A DNA stretch of 64,000 nucleotides, from contig CDMY01000395.1 of assembly GCA_001179505.1 (NCBI GenBank), forward strand, positions 310,001 through 374,000, read 5' to 3'. Positions 25,307 through 37,269 of the stretch are shown in pieces. The translations under genes were made by a program, and so were the position numbers. Each line of letters begins with the position of its first letter. Position 1 is the first letter of the stretch. The DNA comes from Vitrella brassicaformis CCMP3155 (Eukaryota; Protista; Chromerida). Below the pieces are notes generated by a model, which saw nothing but the letters and a program-made list of their open reading frames with translations, was not told the DNA's origin and searched no databases.

Positions 25307-27217
25307 TTACAGCTCCGCCTTGGTGGGCTTGTCTTTTGTGGTGGTGCCGCCCTTGCTGAGGCGATCGAGGGCAGAGAAGGCGAGATATGGATGGAGGGCG
25401 GCTGAAACAAACAACACAGAATGGAATTTCATGCACCGACCTGAAGTGCTCACATTGCCCACTGACCTCCGATGTCCAGCACTCGCTCGTCGAGGGCGAA
25501 CTCGGGATTGTGGACAGACACCGAAGTAGACGGCTGGCCATAAATGCCCTTGCCGTCACTGCACACGCTCATGGATACACACAGCACACCATAGGAATCA
25601 TCCTGTGGACGTCCCCTGCGCACTCACGCGTGTCCCAGCAGCACGAACAGGGCAGGGACGGCCTCGGTGAAGAAAGAGAAATCCTGCACTCATCGAATCC
25701 ATGGATCGATGTGAAACCACCGGGGATGGCTGGTGGCCGTCTGTGCGTCTGTGTGTGTGTGCGCCCCTCCCTCCCAACCTCTCCGCCCATCGTGGGAGGG
25801 ACCTCAGTGACAGACAGGGGGAAGTCCAGGAGGCCGGCAGGCAGCGAATCGCTGGCCTCGGACATCACCTGGCAGGCACACACACAGCAAGTGCACGAAG
25901 TGTCTGTCAGTGTGTCGTCACGCATCCCATCCTTTGTGTCCTGTCCTACCTCAGTGAACATGGTCCACATGTCGTTATCGTTGAGGGTGGGCGGCGCAAA
26001 GTCCTTGAGGTACGTCACTGCATCAAGATGTTTTAACACACCATTACGCACGGATGAGATGGTCTCTGTGGGGCTGTGTGTGTGCACGAGGTGTACGAGG
26101 TCACCTGTCGCATTGAGGCGGTTTGCCTGAGCGATCGACTCGGACATCGACCGTATCCGCTCACGCAGCTCCAGGACAGCCGCCGATGAAAGCGTGCGGA
26201 ATGTGCCTGCGTGTGTGGAAAAGATGGAGGGCCACACGGTCATGTGCAGTGTGTGCGCTGCGCTGGGGGTGGGGGCGGGGGCGATGTGCAGAGACGCACC
26301 TTTGAGCATAGCCCAGTCAGGAATGACGTTGTTGGCATCTGAATCTGTCTGCACACACACACACACGCAATGATGGAGACCCCTCCCCTCAGCTGTGTGG
26401 ATGTCGCCTACACGCAGGACGGTGACCGACACCACTTTAGACTCTATGGGGTCCGTATCTCGCGACACCAGGGTCTGCAGTGCCAGTGCCAGCTGAGCAG
26501 CCCCTGGGACGGGGTCAATCGCCAAGTGAGGCATCGCAGCGTGGCCGCCAACCCCTTGCAGCTTGATATCAAAGCTGCCATCAACACGCAACAGAAATGA
26601 TGAATGAACGATCTACCGCAGCAGTTGTGTGCTGTGTGTGTGACGCTACAAGTCTCCGGCAGCCAGGAGGGGGCCCCCACGGCCACCCAACGTGCCAGTG
26701 GGAAGCTTGGGCCACACGTGGAAGCCGAAGATCTGCTGCACAGGTGGGTACTGCGTCAAGACGCCCTGTGTGCGTATTGATTGACAAACACACAATCCGC
26801 ACAGACATTCAGGGAAACCTTATGCGGTGGGTGAGCGTCGGCACACCTCTTCTCGCATCATCAGTGCCCCAGGGCCGCCCTCCTCTGCACCCACCCACCC
26901 ACACACACACACAAGCAAGACACATTCGCAAAGACGTGTTGGTGGATATGCACTGCACCGATCCAGTCCCTCACCTGCAGGCTGAAAGATCAACCTAATC
27001 GTGCCCTACAACGAGACAGGCAGACAGACAGGGAGAGAGTGTCTGTCGTATCGACCTGATGTCTAGCTTGCGCCTTTGCGGACCTGAATGTCCTTCTCCC
27101 TCTCTTTGAGGAGCTTGGCTGCTGCGAGCAGCATCGTCGTGTGGGCGTCGTGGCCACACGCGTGCCTGACAGACACGGACAGACAGACAGACAGACAGGC
27201 AGACGGACGGACGGACG

Positions 27218-27254
<37 letters not shown>

Positions 27255-28010
27255 CGGCCACTGCTTGTGGTGCTGTGACCGTCCGTCCGTGGCGACCTAC
27301 ATTCGGCCAGGGTGAGTCGACTTGAAGTCTGATCGATGCACACAAGCAAGCAAGCAATGGATCAATGGGTGAACATATGCGCGCGCCGTGCACACAAACC
27401 GAGATCGGTTTCCTCCTGTATCGGCAGCCCGTCAATGTCGGCTGCAGGAAGGAAAATACATAAGCGCACCAGGTCCATCCATCCATCCATCGAGTTTACC
27501 TCGGAGAGCGACGCACGGCGGCTTCCCAGTGCCCAGGTCAGCCACCACCCCTGCAGTGGCCACACGGCACGGCACAGGGCGCCATGTACGTCTGTCTGTC
27601 CGTATGCCCCCCATCGACACTCCAGCACTGCTCAACACCCACCCCACTGACCCACCCACCTGTGCCTCCCGGCGGTCCGTCCGGCCCAGCGTTGGCATTC
27701 TTGCCCCACCCAGTCGTGTATTTGACGCCGATCTGCACACACAGATCAGTGGCCGACGGCAATTAATGTGTGTGGGCACTCATGCGATGCGATGAGTGAC
27801 CTCGTCGAGCGTCTGCTGGATGAATTGTGACGTCTTGAACTCCCGGAAGAACAGCTCCGGGATCTGGTGGAGATGCCGCCGCTTGCTTGAGGTCCAGGCA
27901 TGGATGTCTTTTGCCTCGCTGATCAGATCTGCGAAGGGCACTGCCGAGGCACGATGGCTTAGGAGCACCGAGGAAGACAGCAGGACGAGAAGCCGCGAAG
28001 ATGGAGTCAT
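25307..28010 (-). CDS. M20 peptidase-family amidohydrolase, IAA-amino-acid hydrolase (ILR1/ILL)-like, with signal peptide and C-terminal KAEL
   Basis: [84 protein letters not shown]; last exon ends ...DKPTKAEL*. Confidence 0.9.
27167..27252 (+). repeat. Compound (GACA)n/(GACG)n intronic microsatellite
   Basis: Direct reading; lies in an intron of the amidohydrolase gene. Confidence 0.8.
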
Positions 28011-28095
28011 TGCGAAGGCACAATCTTGGAGATGAGAAGAAGGAGCAGCGTTTCCAGGCGGAACAGGCAGCGGTTTCAGGGAGCGCCCAGGCCGT

Positions 28096-28104
28096 CTGCG
28101 AGCT
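28096..28104 (+). promoter_or_regulatory. CTGCGAGCT motif ~90 bp upstream of the amidohydrolase ATG, with no family copy nearby
   Basis: ctgcgagctaagct read directly. Confidence 0.4.
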
Positions 28105-28267
28105 AAGCTAGAGTGAAAGTGATTCATCAATTCACAGCATGCAATGCACACACGCGCCACACACGTACGTCCCATGACGTAACATGACAAAATCTCAAAA
28201 TCCCACCCCCTGCCCCGTGCAAATGAGCCCCATCCACTCATCTGATCTCCATCCATCTCCATCCTTG

Positions 28268-29560
28268 TCATCTGGCTGTCTTGACCCTCTCCAGCAGCTC
28301 TATCCACTGGTCCACCACATCAGGCGTGCCGTACCATCTGAACCCAGGAATCTTAATGCTCGGACCCAGAGAGGGCACGAACCCCGAGTGCTTGACGTCC
28401 TCCAGAACCATCGTCGAAGAGCCGGGCAGGAGTGCAGTGGACTGCGGCACCACCCCATCGCCCGTCGTGTCGCCCTCTCCACACAAAGCCAGGTAGCTGG
28501 CGTACGCCAGAAGCCCCTCCAGCCCTCCCTCACCCAGGCCGCCCTTGACAGACGCGCCAACCACAGAGTTGTAGTTAATGTGGTCAGAGTGGAAGGCCCC
28601 TGGATAGTTGTCGGCGATGTAGGTGAGCAGGCCTCTTGTCTGATCGAACTGCGCGAAAGGTGAGTCGGCCGGGGGCGGGTTGTGGGGCGTGCCGAGGGTC
28701 GTCAGAGAGGTGAAGAGAGACGCCCGCTCGTCGTCGTCGTACTCCTCTGCGAGGAAGGCGCGGACGATCCAACCTGCCGACAGACAGACAGGCAGACAGA
28801 CAAGCAGATGGAGAGAGATGGCTCAGTGATTGCGCTACTTACCGCCGATAGAGTGTCCCACAAGGTGCATCCTCTGCTCTGGGTGGGCCTCCCGAACGCT
28901 CGTCACACTTCGACGCAGCGCACGGTAGTAAAACTGGAGAACCTGCCCGGCCAGAAAGACACATCACACATGCTCCAGTGTGGGCGCATGACCATCACCG
29001 GCGGCTGCACACTCACTCACCTTGCTGGGTTCCAGCTTGCCCTGCCAGTAAGCAAGAGTCAGGGACGATGGGATGAGCTCCAGCCAGTCGAGCCTCTTCA
29101 GATCGACGGCATATGCGGGGTAGCCTCGCGCATTCAGCTCAGATATCATATCGAGATAGTCCTCTGAGATGCCAAGCTGGGCGGGGCATATGAGCACAGG
29201 ACTCTTCGGCTCCTCGGCAGCAGTGGCAAAAGCAGAGGGGCCGGAGAACGCACCTGAGAGGGCAAACATCACACAGATCCTCTTCTGCCCGACTGGTGGG
29301 TGATTCATGTGTGTGTGCGTGCGTGTGCGTGTGTGCGGCAGCTCACGTTGTAGCACATCAAGATGCATTCGTGAAAGATCCCTGGAGCGCCTGCATCCAT
29401 CGCGCTGTCTGCATGACGCCGATGAAAGAAAGCCACCATCCCGCCTTCTTGTCAGCTTCTCCCAGCTGGCTGAGGCCGCCGCGTCCAAGAGAAATGACGC
29501 CGCGCAGAGGAACAAAGCAGCCACTCGCATCTTCGGGTTGAAACGGCTTAACACATCCAT
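28268..29560 (-). CDS. Alpha/beta-hydrolase (PGAP1-like/lipase, plant-algal type), probably plastid-targeted
   Basis: VLICPAQLG, HLVGHSIGG nucleophile elbow, LTTLGTPH, GDGVVP, VKHS catalytic-triad motifs; hydrophobic leader followed by an S/R-rich transit-like stretch. Confidence 0.85.
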
Positions 29561-31097
29561 ACTTGGTGGTTCGAAAAGCCGTTCAGATGTGTCACCTTTT
29601 AAGCTCGCAATGACGATCCCGCGCCGCTCGTTCGTTCGTTCGTTAACCTCACGGGGACCTTGCCCCCCGGCCCCCCGAAGGGATACGCAAGAACGAGTCT
29701 GTGTGATGCAGTCCTGTCCACCCACCCACCCACCCCTATGGTCCACCACAAAATGAAACCTGCATAGGGATGGGCACAAAATGGCACTGGCACCGGCCGA
29801 CATGCAGATGACAACAAAGGGCACAGGTGACGAACACTTCCCCTGGCTACATACACAAGAACGAGCGATATCGCCCGACAGCATGAAGCCCTGGCAAGTG
29901 TACAGAAGCCAGAGGAAGGAAGCGAAACATGGAAGCCCACTGAGCCATCAAACGCAATTACCAACAATCAGGTGAACACACCACCATGTACACGCGAGAC
30001 CCATGTGCAAGGAAGGCAGGAAGACAACAGAAGGAGAGAAAGAAGGATGACCAAACAGGCCATAACACCCTACAACATGCAGACCGACGATGCCTAAGGT
30101 GCATTCCTACCCTCCTACCTTGGTCGCTGTGGTGAGCTCGCTAGAAAGGCTCTGTCAGAAGCCCAATCTGCTTATACATCCGCACACTCAGGTCAATAGG
30201 CAGCTAACAGCCACACATAGAGGGAGGCCTGACTGGACTTAGATAGAAAGATAGATGGCAGACAGAGGAAGCCCCGCCTCATCGATAGACATCCAGATAG
30301 ACATGAGGCCCTGACATGCAATGACATACTTGTGGACTCACTGGCAAGGCGACGGTCTATAAAGAAAACGCCGCCCTTTGGCGCGGGCGATATGCCACTT
30401 GGGATGGATACCAGGCAGAGAGACCACACGAATGACATCCATGGCCAGTTGCTTCACACCACCACTCGTAGACATACGAAAGGCAGGTAGAAGTCAGGGG
30501 AAGCAAGGTAGACAACAGATAAAGGCCAGAAGGGTCTCATACGAGATAGATACAGCCCGTACGTAGACGACATAGCATAAAAAACGGTTGACACATGCAC
30601 CAAAGCATACGCCCTCGAATCCCCGCAGAAACACCATTGCAGCATCACCAGGGCGGTTGCACCGGTTCAGCACACTCTGACGAAGGGGGACGAGGGGGAA
30701 AGCGCGTGTCCCAAAGGCAGGAAGGCTGATGACGCTGACGGCGACTCCATCCAGCAGATGCAGGAGCAGTTCTCGTCACGTTGGTCAGTTGAGAGAAGGC
30801 GCCAGCATGCGGATCTTCAGCCGAAGACCAGGAAGCGGCACGAGAGGAAATGGGAGGGCGTGCCGAGAGAGGGGAGGGACGCCATGAGATGAGTATGATA
30901 CGCTGACTGATGAGATAGCTGCCGAGACGGACGGCACAATGGGGGGAGGTCAGAAAGCTGACCACCACCAGATGGGCACAGCCGAAGACCGGACAAAGAT
31001 CAACGTGACCCTCAGAGGGAGGAGAGGCCGATGGCAGCCTCAGCCAAAAAGAAACGAGGCTGAGGATGCGGAAAAATGAGCAGGAAGCCAATTGGGA

Positions 31098-31106
31098 CTG
31101 CGAGCT
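31098..31106 (+). promoter_or_regulatory. CTGCGAGCT motif upstream of the OPR/HPR gene
   Basis: Exact motif ~165 bp before the ATG at 31269. Confidence 0.4.
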
Positions 31107-31268
31107 GGGCGGCTCGGAGTCGGAGATCTGCAGCTTTGAGGCCAGCTGGCGTTGAGGCAAGAGAATCGTTGAAGATCTTGGCATCACTCAACTGACGAAA
31201 CAGCCGCCCTGATTCGATTCGTGCTTTTTCCTGATGGATTCGGAGCGGCCTGCAGGATACGGACATAT

Positions 31269-34200
31269 ATGACCATCCTGCCATTATGCCTCCAGCTGCT
31301 ATTGATCACGTGCCAAATCAGCACCGCCTTCATCTATCCATCGCGGCCCCTCAAGCGGACACTGGCAGCCCCTCTACACAGCCATGCGGTCGTGCAGCGC
31401 ACTCTGCGGCAGCCCTCTCGACACACATCGCCTCCGCCAACAGACAGGGACAGCCGTCATCTCGTCACCAACCAGCGAATCGACGATGCTCAGACAACCG
31501 GGGAAATCATCCAAATCGTCCAGCAAGAAGGCGGTCCGTCACCTCTGCGGACGCCACTACTCGTGAGGGCCCTCCAACGAGCGGCCTGTCTGGAAGGCAG
31601 CATGAATGGAGTGTCGTGTTTGGTCCGCGAGGCTGTCGAGCGGGCGACAAATGGGGCCTTTTTGCCTTCACAAGTCGCCAAGCTCATGTGGGTGATTGCG
31701 CGATGGTGCCGACACAACGACGCGGGGGAGGAGCTTTGGAGCGCGTTGCTGACGTTCATGGATTTGGGTGACGGCAACTGGCGGGGGAAGGATTTGACTC
31801 TCGCGCTGTACAGTCTGGCGAAGAGGCGAGAGGGCGACTTTGAGCTGATATCGATGCTGCAGGATCGGCTGATGGACAGCCAGCTGACCGGGAGGGACGT
31901 GCCGATGGTCATGTGGTCACTCGGTACACTGCAGCGGCAGTTCTCGTCTTCTGTGGGCATCTTGCCCTCTCTAGTGGAGATCCTTCTCGCTTCCGCCTGC
32001 CGTCGCGTCAACGACATGACCACACAGGGCGTTGGCAACTGCCTGTGGGCATCAGCTGAGCTGCTCGCGGACCCTTCTCGCCCTCCCCCCGCCCTCGTTG
32101 CCTTCATGCAGCTGGCGGTGGAGCGCCTGAGTGCGGAAGAGGCCCTTAAGGACGGGGACATTGTGCAAGCTCTGTGGTCGACCGCGAGGATGCTCTATAT
32201 TATGATGGGAGAGGGCAATGAAGGTTTATCTGCTGTGCATAAGGCGCTGAATGGACTGGTTGAGAAGTGGAGTGGGCGGCTGGTGGGTCGGCTCAGGGCG
32301 GGGAAGATCCACAAGGAGGCCTACCTCGTGCAGCTGCTCATGTTTTGCGCTATCCGACGTACGCACGCACCATGGCACGGCACCACACAGAACCGGCATA
32401 GTGCAGTGAGTGCATGATTGTGTCATCGTCTGTCTGTCCTGTGTTTGTCTGATCAGGTCTGAACGCGGAACATGACCCCCTTCCGCGGGCGTTGGTCAAT
32501 CGCCTTGTGGACCCACGCCCATTGGCTCCTTTCGGTTCCTTCAAGGATGACAGCATGAGATACACACTGGCTGCGATGGCCCAGATGAACGTGTCGCGAC
32601 CTGAGGCCATCAATGCAACTGTACAGGTGAGATGAGATGAGATGCGGCGGCAGATAGACAGACAGACAGATCGATCACGAGAACAGATGGAGAAAAGGAA
32701 AGACTCATTTGCCTGTCTTGATGCATCCCTTCAGGTGCTGTCTTCGTCGCTGTCCACTCTGTCTCCGCGCACCCTCGCCCTTTGCCCATGGGCCCTGGCC
32801 ACACTCGCCGGCAACATGACACCACCCTCAGCACACGTGAACGACGGCATCGACGCGCTCATGCAAGACATCTCTCAGCGGATCCTTTCCAGTGTGGATG
32901 AGATGAACGAGGTGATGGTTGGCTCGCCGCGGCTGCTGTTTCTGTGCGCATGGGGGCTGGCCAAGAGGGGAGCGATGGATGCAGCGACACGAGAGCTGAT
33001 GGCGGGGTGGGGGCGAAGGGCCTGGAGGAGATTCAACCAAGAGGTGCGCCACTGGGATGCTGCCATCCAGCAATTTAATGGATCGACAGGGCTTGTGTAT
33101 GTCTGTCTGTTGTGTCTACGCAGGAGCTGTCGACATTCGTTTGGGCGCTCGCAAAAGGGAAGGGGAACGGCGGATCGCCTAATGTGGATGCGTTGATGCA
33201 TGAGGTCACGCAGACGATATATAAACGATATGGACCACTCTTTCTTCTGTGTGACCACTTATGTCTGTCATTGCGCATCTGCAGGTGTGTGCCGAGCTTC
33301 CCCTTGTCCTTCCACACATGACGGCCCGGTCCATTGCGAAGCTTCTGTGGTCGCTCTCCCGGCTGGACGCCCTCCACCCCCCGCCCCTCCTCGGCGCCTT
33401 CACATCCATTCTCCACCCCTCCCTCCCCACCCTCTCCCCACACACACTCGCCGCCATTGTCTCGTCCATCGGCTTCATGCTCAACCACAGAGGACGGCAG
33501 ACCGAGCAAAACAGAGACGCGGTGCGGGCCTTCCTCAGGGACGTCCTCGCTGAGTGTCTGCACCGGCCCGCCGCGTTTTCCAGCCGCGAGTTGGCGACGG
33601 TTGGGTGGGGGATGGTCACTTGTGGGTATGGGATCAGGGAGGGGTGGGAGGCTTATCTGTGGGCGGCTCGTCAGCGGATCGAGGATCGACGACAGCGCAT
33701 GGATGCAGGAGTGAGTAGTCGGGGACAGACAGACACACAAGGGAGGGCGGGTGGATGGACAGCAATTGAAATTGATGCTCATGGGCTTTCTTTGTTGTGC
33801 TGCTGCCCGCCCTTTCAGAGTTGTTCAGTGGTTGCCTGGGTCTTGGCGCGATCGAGTCACCACCACTTCACTGCCGATGCCGCCATGCAACAAGACATCA
33901 GGAGCTGTCGTGAGAGGCTGGTGGAGCGCCTCGAGAGCGAGACCGATGATTGGTTCGCGAGCCTCGGGCCCAGCGACGTCAGCGTGCTCACTGCCAGCAT
34001 CTTGACAGACGACATACCGATCCCGCCGTCCACCATCTCTCGTCTGGTCCGCCAAGCGAGCCGCCATCTGCCGGTGACGCCCTCCCCGCTACTGTGCCCA
34101 TCTCTGCTGGCCCTCTGCTCCCTCGCCCAGGCAGACGAGCCCACCCTGCCGCCCGCCATCGCCGCAGAGCTGAAAGGCTTCACTCGCGACGCTGCCGCTC

Positions 34201-34502
34201 GGCTGCTGGCCGATCACGGCTTGCGTCCGCCGTCTGTGGATGAGAGGACTCTTGCCGATCGCATTGCGGCCATCGCTGACCGATGGATGCCGTGCTTGTT
34301 GCTGGCGTCTGCCTGCCTGGCGGAGAGTGGCTGGGGGGGCGAGAAGGACGAGAGGTGTGTGGTGCTGGTGGGCGAGAGGGTGCTGAGGATGCTCGTGAGT
34401 GGAGAGACCAGGGTGACGCGACAAGACCTGGCCGCCATACGGCTCGCGGCACAGCTGCTGGGCAGGGGGCAGAGTGTGCAGGAAGAAGAGCACACGACTT
34501 GA
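31269..34502 (+). CDS. Helical-repeat RNA-binding protein (octotrico/heptatricopeptide repeat, FASTK-like), predicted plastid-targeted
   Basis: Repeated units LTGRDVPMVMWSLGTL, MTTQGVGNCLWASAEL, LSPRTLALCPWALATL, MSTQELSTFVWALAK, MTARSIAKLLWSLSRL, FSSRELATVGWGM; leader MTILPLCLQLLLITCQISTA-FIYP followed by an R/S-rich stretch. Confidence 0.8.
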
Positions 34503-35087
34503 TGGTGGGTGAGGAACTTGTTCGTTGCGGTGCCCTCAAGGGTTGGCATGGTGTGTGCAGAGAGAGAGGAGAAACATGGAGGGGTGATGCAGCTTCTCGC
34601 GTCGCACTGTCATTGGTCTGCGTGAGAGGCCGTGTGGCGGGCGCCAGATCGCCGCTCCCTCTCAACCGGACGATGCTGCACAAGAGACCCACGCCAGCAC
34701 TGATGGCTGCAATGTGTGTGCATGACGCAAATTGGCTTGCGCCATTGCTGGGTGGGTGCATCACGCTGTGGCTCGCCTCGTGTGTCGTGTGGCCCAGAAA
34801 CATTGAAAGGACGGTGTGATGAATGGGTGTGACATACAGGCAGAGACATGCGACCTCCCAAGTTGTCTTGTTTCCAATTCCATGGCGCAAGCAAGACTTC
34901 TCGAAGTTTCGTCCACCATGCGCACTCATTCGCACACACTACAGGCACCTCGTACAGCCCTTCTTTCAACACACGTGTAGCCTGCCAGCGCGCGCTTGCA
35001 CACGATCCATCCAACACATATAAGACACATAACTATATACGCGCCTCGTCACGCCATCATGATGTGTCTCGCTCTCACCTTCATGGT

Positions 35088-37090
35088 CTAATGCGCCTGA
35101 CCATCGAGCACGATGGCCGCGATAGGACCGAGGACGCGACGGGCTTTGGCGGCCGTCAGGGGGAACCACTGGGCGAAGGGGGCATCCTGAGGGACACCCG
35201 CTGCTGGCGCCTCGCTGGTGCGAATGATGACGTGCACTGCACGCAGACAACAGCAGAAGAGCGGATCAGACAAGACGACGGCATGATGATGTGCTGTGAA
35301 TGTGTATGAGTACCGTCCTGGTTGTTGCCTGGGTAAATGCCAAAGAGAATCCATGCGATGAACGGGTCGTTGGATGAAGTCAGCACATGCTCCTGCCCAC
35401 ACCACCCACTGGCCGCCTCGGCTGCCGTCACGTCTGAGCATCCGGCGAGGGGCGTGTGCGGCGATTGGGTCATGATGCGATCGAGGTGGCCACCCCGCAC
35501 ACGCCTGACAGACACATCAATAGCGCACCACATAGCGATTTGCCCTCTCATTGCATGCCGTCCATCCACTCACCGGTCAACCACCACTACTGGCGAGTGG
35601 GAGAAGCCGCCCACAGCCAACATCCGATGAGCCAGCATCAGGCCCTTCAGCAGGGAACTCGCCGATGCGTCAACGGGCCCGACGCCACCTGTCGCCCAGC
35701 CCACAACAGGCTGCCACGTAATGTGGTGGCGGACTGGCGGATCGTGCGGCTTGGCGTGGTGCGTGTAGGGGTTGCTGGGAGAAGGGATGGACGGGGCGGT
35801 TGGGGAGGGGGAGGGGCGGGTTGATGGTGATGGTGAAGCTGGGCTTGTTGCGGATGGCGCGAATCTCGTTGTTGTTGTGGCGGAACAGCTCGAGTGTGCC
35901 GTCTTGCTGGCCGGTGGGGCGGAGGAAGACGACACGGCGGCCGACGATCATCCACTGCGCACAGAAACGGGGCAACGCCAAGAAATCCTGCACCCAACAC
36001 ACACACATCCAGCAGCTCACCGATTGCCTCTTCTGTGTGTCGTGCTTACCGCCTTGGTGGCGTGTGTCTGCAGGTCCGTAGCACCCACAGTGACCGGCAG
36101 CTGGCAATAGCCGCACTGCTCGGCGACTCTGAGTGTGTCGCCCACCTCCCGCCAGCCGCCCTCGCCCCCCTCCTCTACCACCCACATGGCCTTCATCACA
36201 TCGCCGTGGCTCAGCTGATCGTCGAACTGCACCACACCGCCCACCCCCGCCCGCTCGATGGCCGCCTTCGGCAGTCGAAGGCGGCGGACGATCGGCCGGA
36301 GGGCATTTCTGATGGGTCGGGCTGTCGATTTGAGGTGGGCGACGGCGGTGAGGTCAGACAGTGCGATGACGATGCTCATGGGGTCGGGAGGGATGTCAGA
36401 GAGGTGCAGCCGTCGCGCCTGATGACACACACAAAAAAGGACATACACACATAGCACATGAGAGGTGCACACCACATCAGTGTGGGCCTTGTGTTTGTGC
36501 CTGCCTGTGGTCACTCCCCCACTCACCTGTGTGCGGCGATGTCTTGTGAGTGCGATGGTCGAGTTGATGGTCTCTGCCAACTCGGCCAGCAGGTCGGACA
36601 CAGCAGCAAACTGGCGACTCACCTTGGCCACCATCTGACGAATGAATCAACACGACGAGAGCAACGCCAAGCAAAGGAGACTCCACAGACACACAGAGGG
36701 CTCTGTGGTGTGTGGTGTGTTTGGCAGCCTGCCCCACCAGTGGTGCCATCGAAGCTGCGGTGTCCATCTGGAGAAGTTGGTCGATGCAGCTGTTGACCTG
36801 CACACCACACACACACACACACACACACACAAGCAAGCAGCCGATGAGCTTTGGGTGCACTGCATGGAATGGACGAGTCGGTATGTGTGTTGGTCAGCTG
36901 ATACCTGAGCCTGCTTCAGCCGATAGCCTTGTACCTGCGGCAGCAGCTGCGCCCGTATCACTGCGCTCATCTGCACCAAACCGAATGACAAACCACACAC
37001 AGACAGCACAAGTGATTCACGTCATGATGTAGGGATTTGCCTGGCCTCAGCTCCCTCTTCTCTCACCTGGGCGGCGGCACTGGCAGCCAT
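35088..37090 (-). pseudogene. Dispersed gene family copy 4, disrupted by a frameshift
   Basis: Exons 37067-37090, 36905-36970, 36738-36797, 36527-36634, 36050-36418, 35574-35987 and two more. +1 insertion at ~35772 (cagcaacccctacacg vs cagcaccccttcacc) shifts HPFSQHPFTHH to HPFSQQPLHAP. Confidence 0.85.
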
Positions 37091-37220
37091 CGTGCAGCCA
37101 AGCTATGGATCGGAGTGCTGTTTTGTGGCTTCAACGGGCTCTGCACCCCTCTGTCGTCGCCATGCTACATTCTCTTAGCTCCTTTACTCGCGCGATAAAC
37201 ATTGCGAGTCTCGGAGCTTA

Positions 37221-37229
37221 AGCTCGCAG
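37221..37229 (-). promoter_or_regulatory. CTGCGAGCT motif in the divergent promoter between family copy 4 and rlmN
   Basis: agctcgcag on the + strand, in the 180 bp gap between the ATGs at 37090 and 37270. Confidence 0.45.
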
Positions 37230-37269
37230 GCTTCCCTTCTCGGGACTCCCCTTCATTAATCCGGACGAG

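Noticed and set aside
30640-30890. Protein-like open plus-strand frame following a possible acceptor site in the 29.9-31.0 kb gap
   Set aside because: No start codon, linked exons or recognisable motif; insufficient to call a gene.
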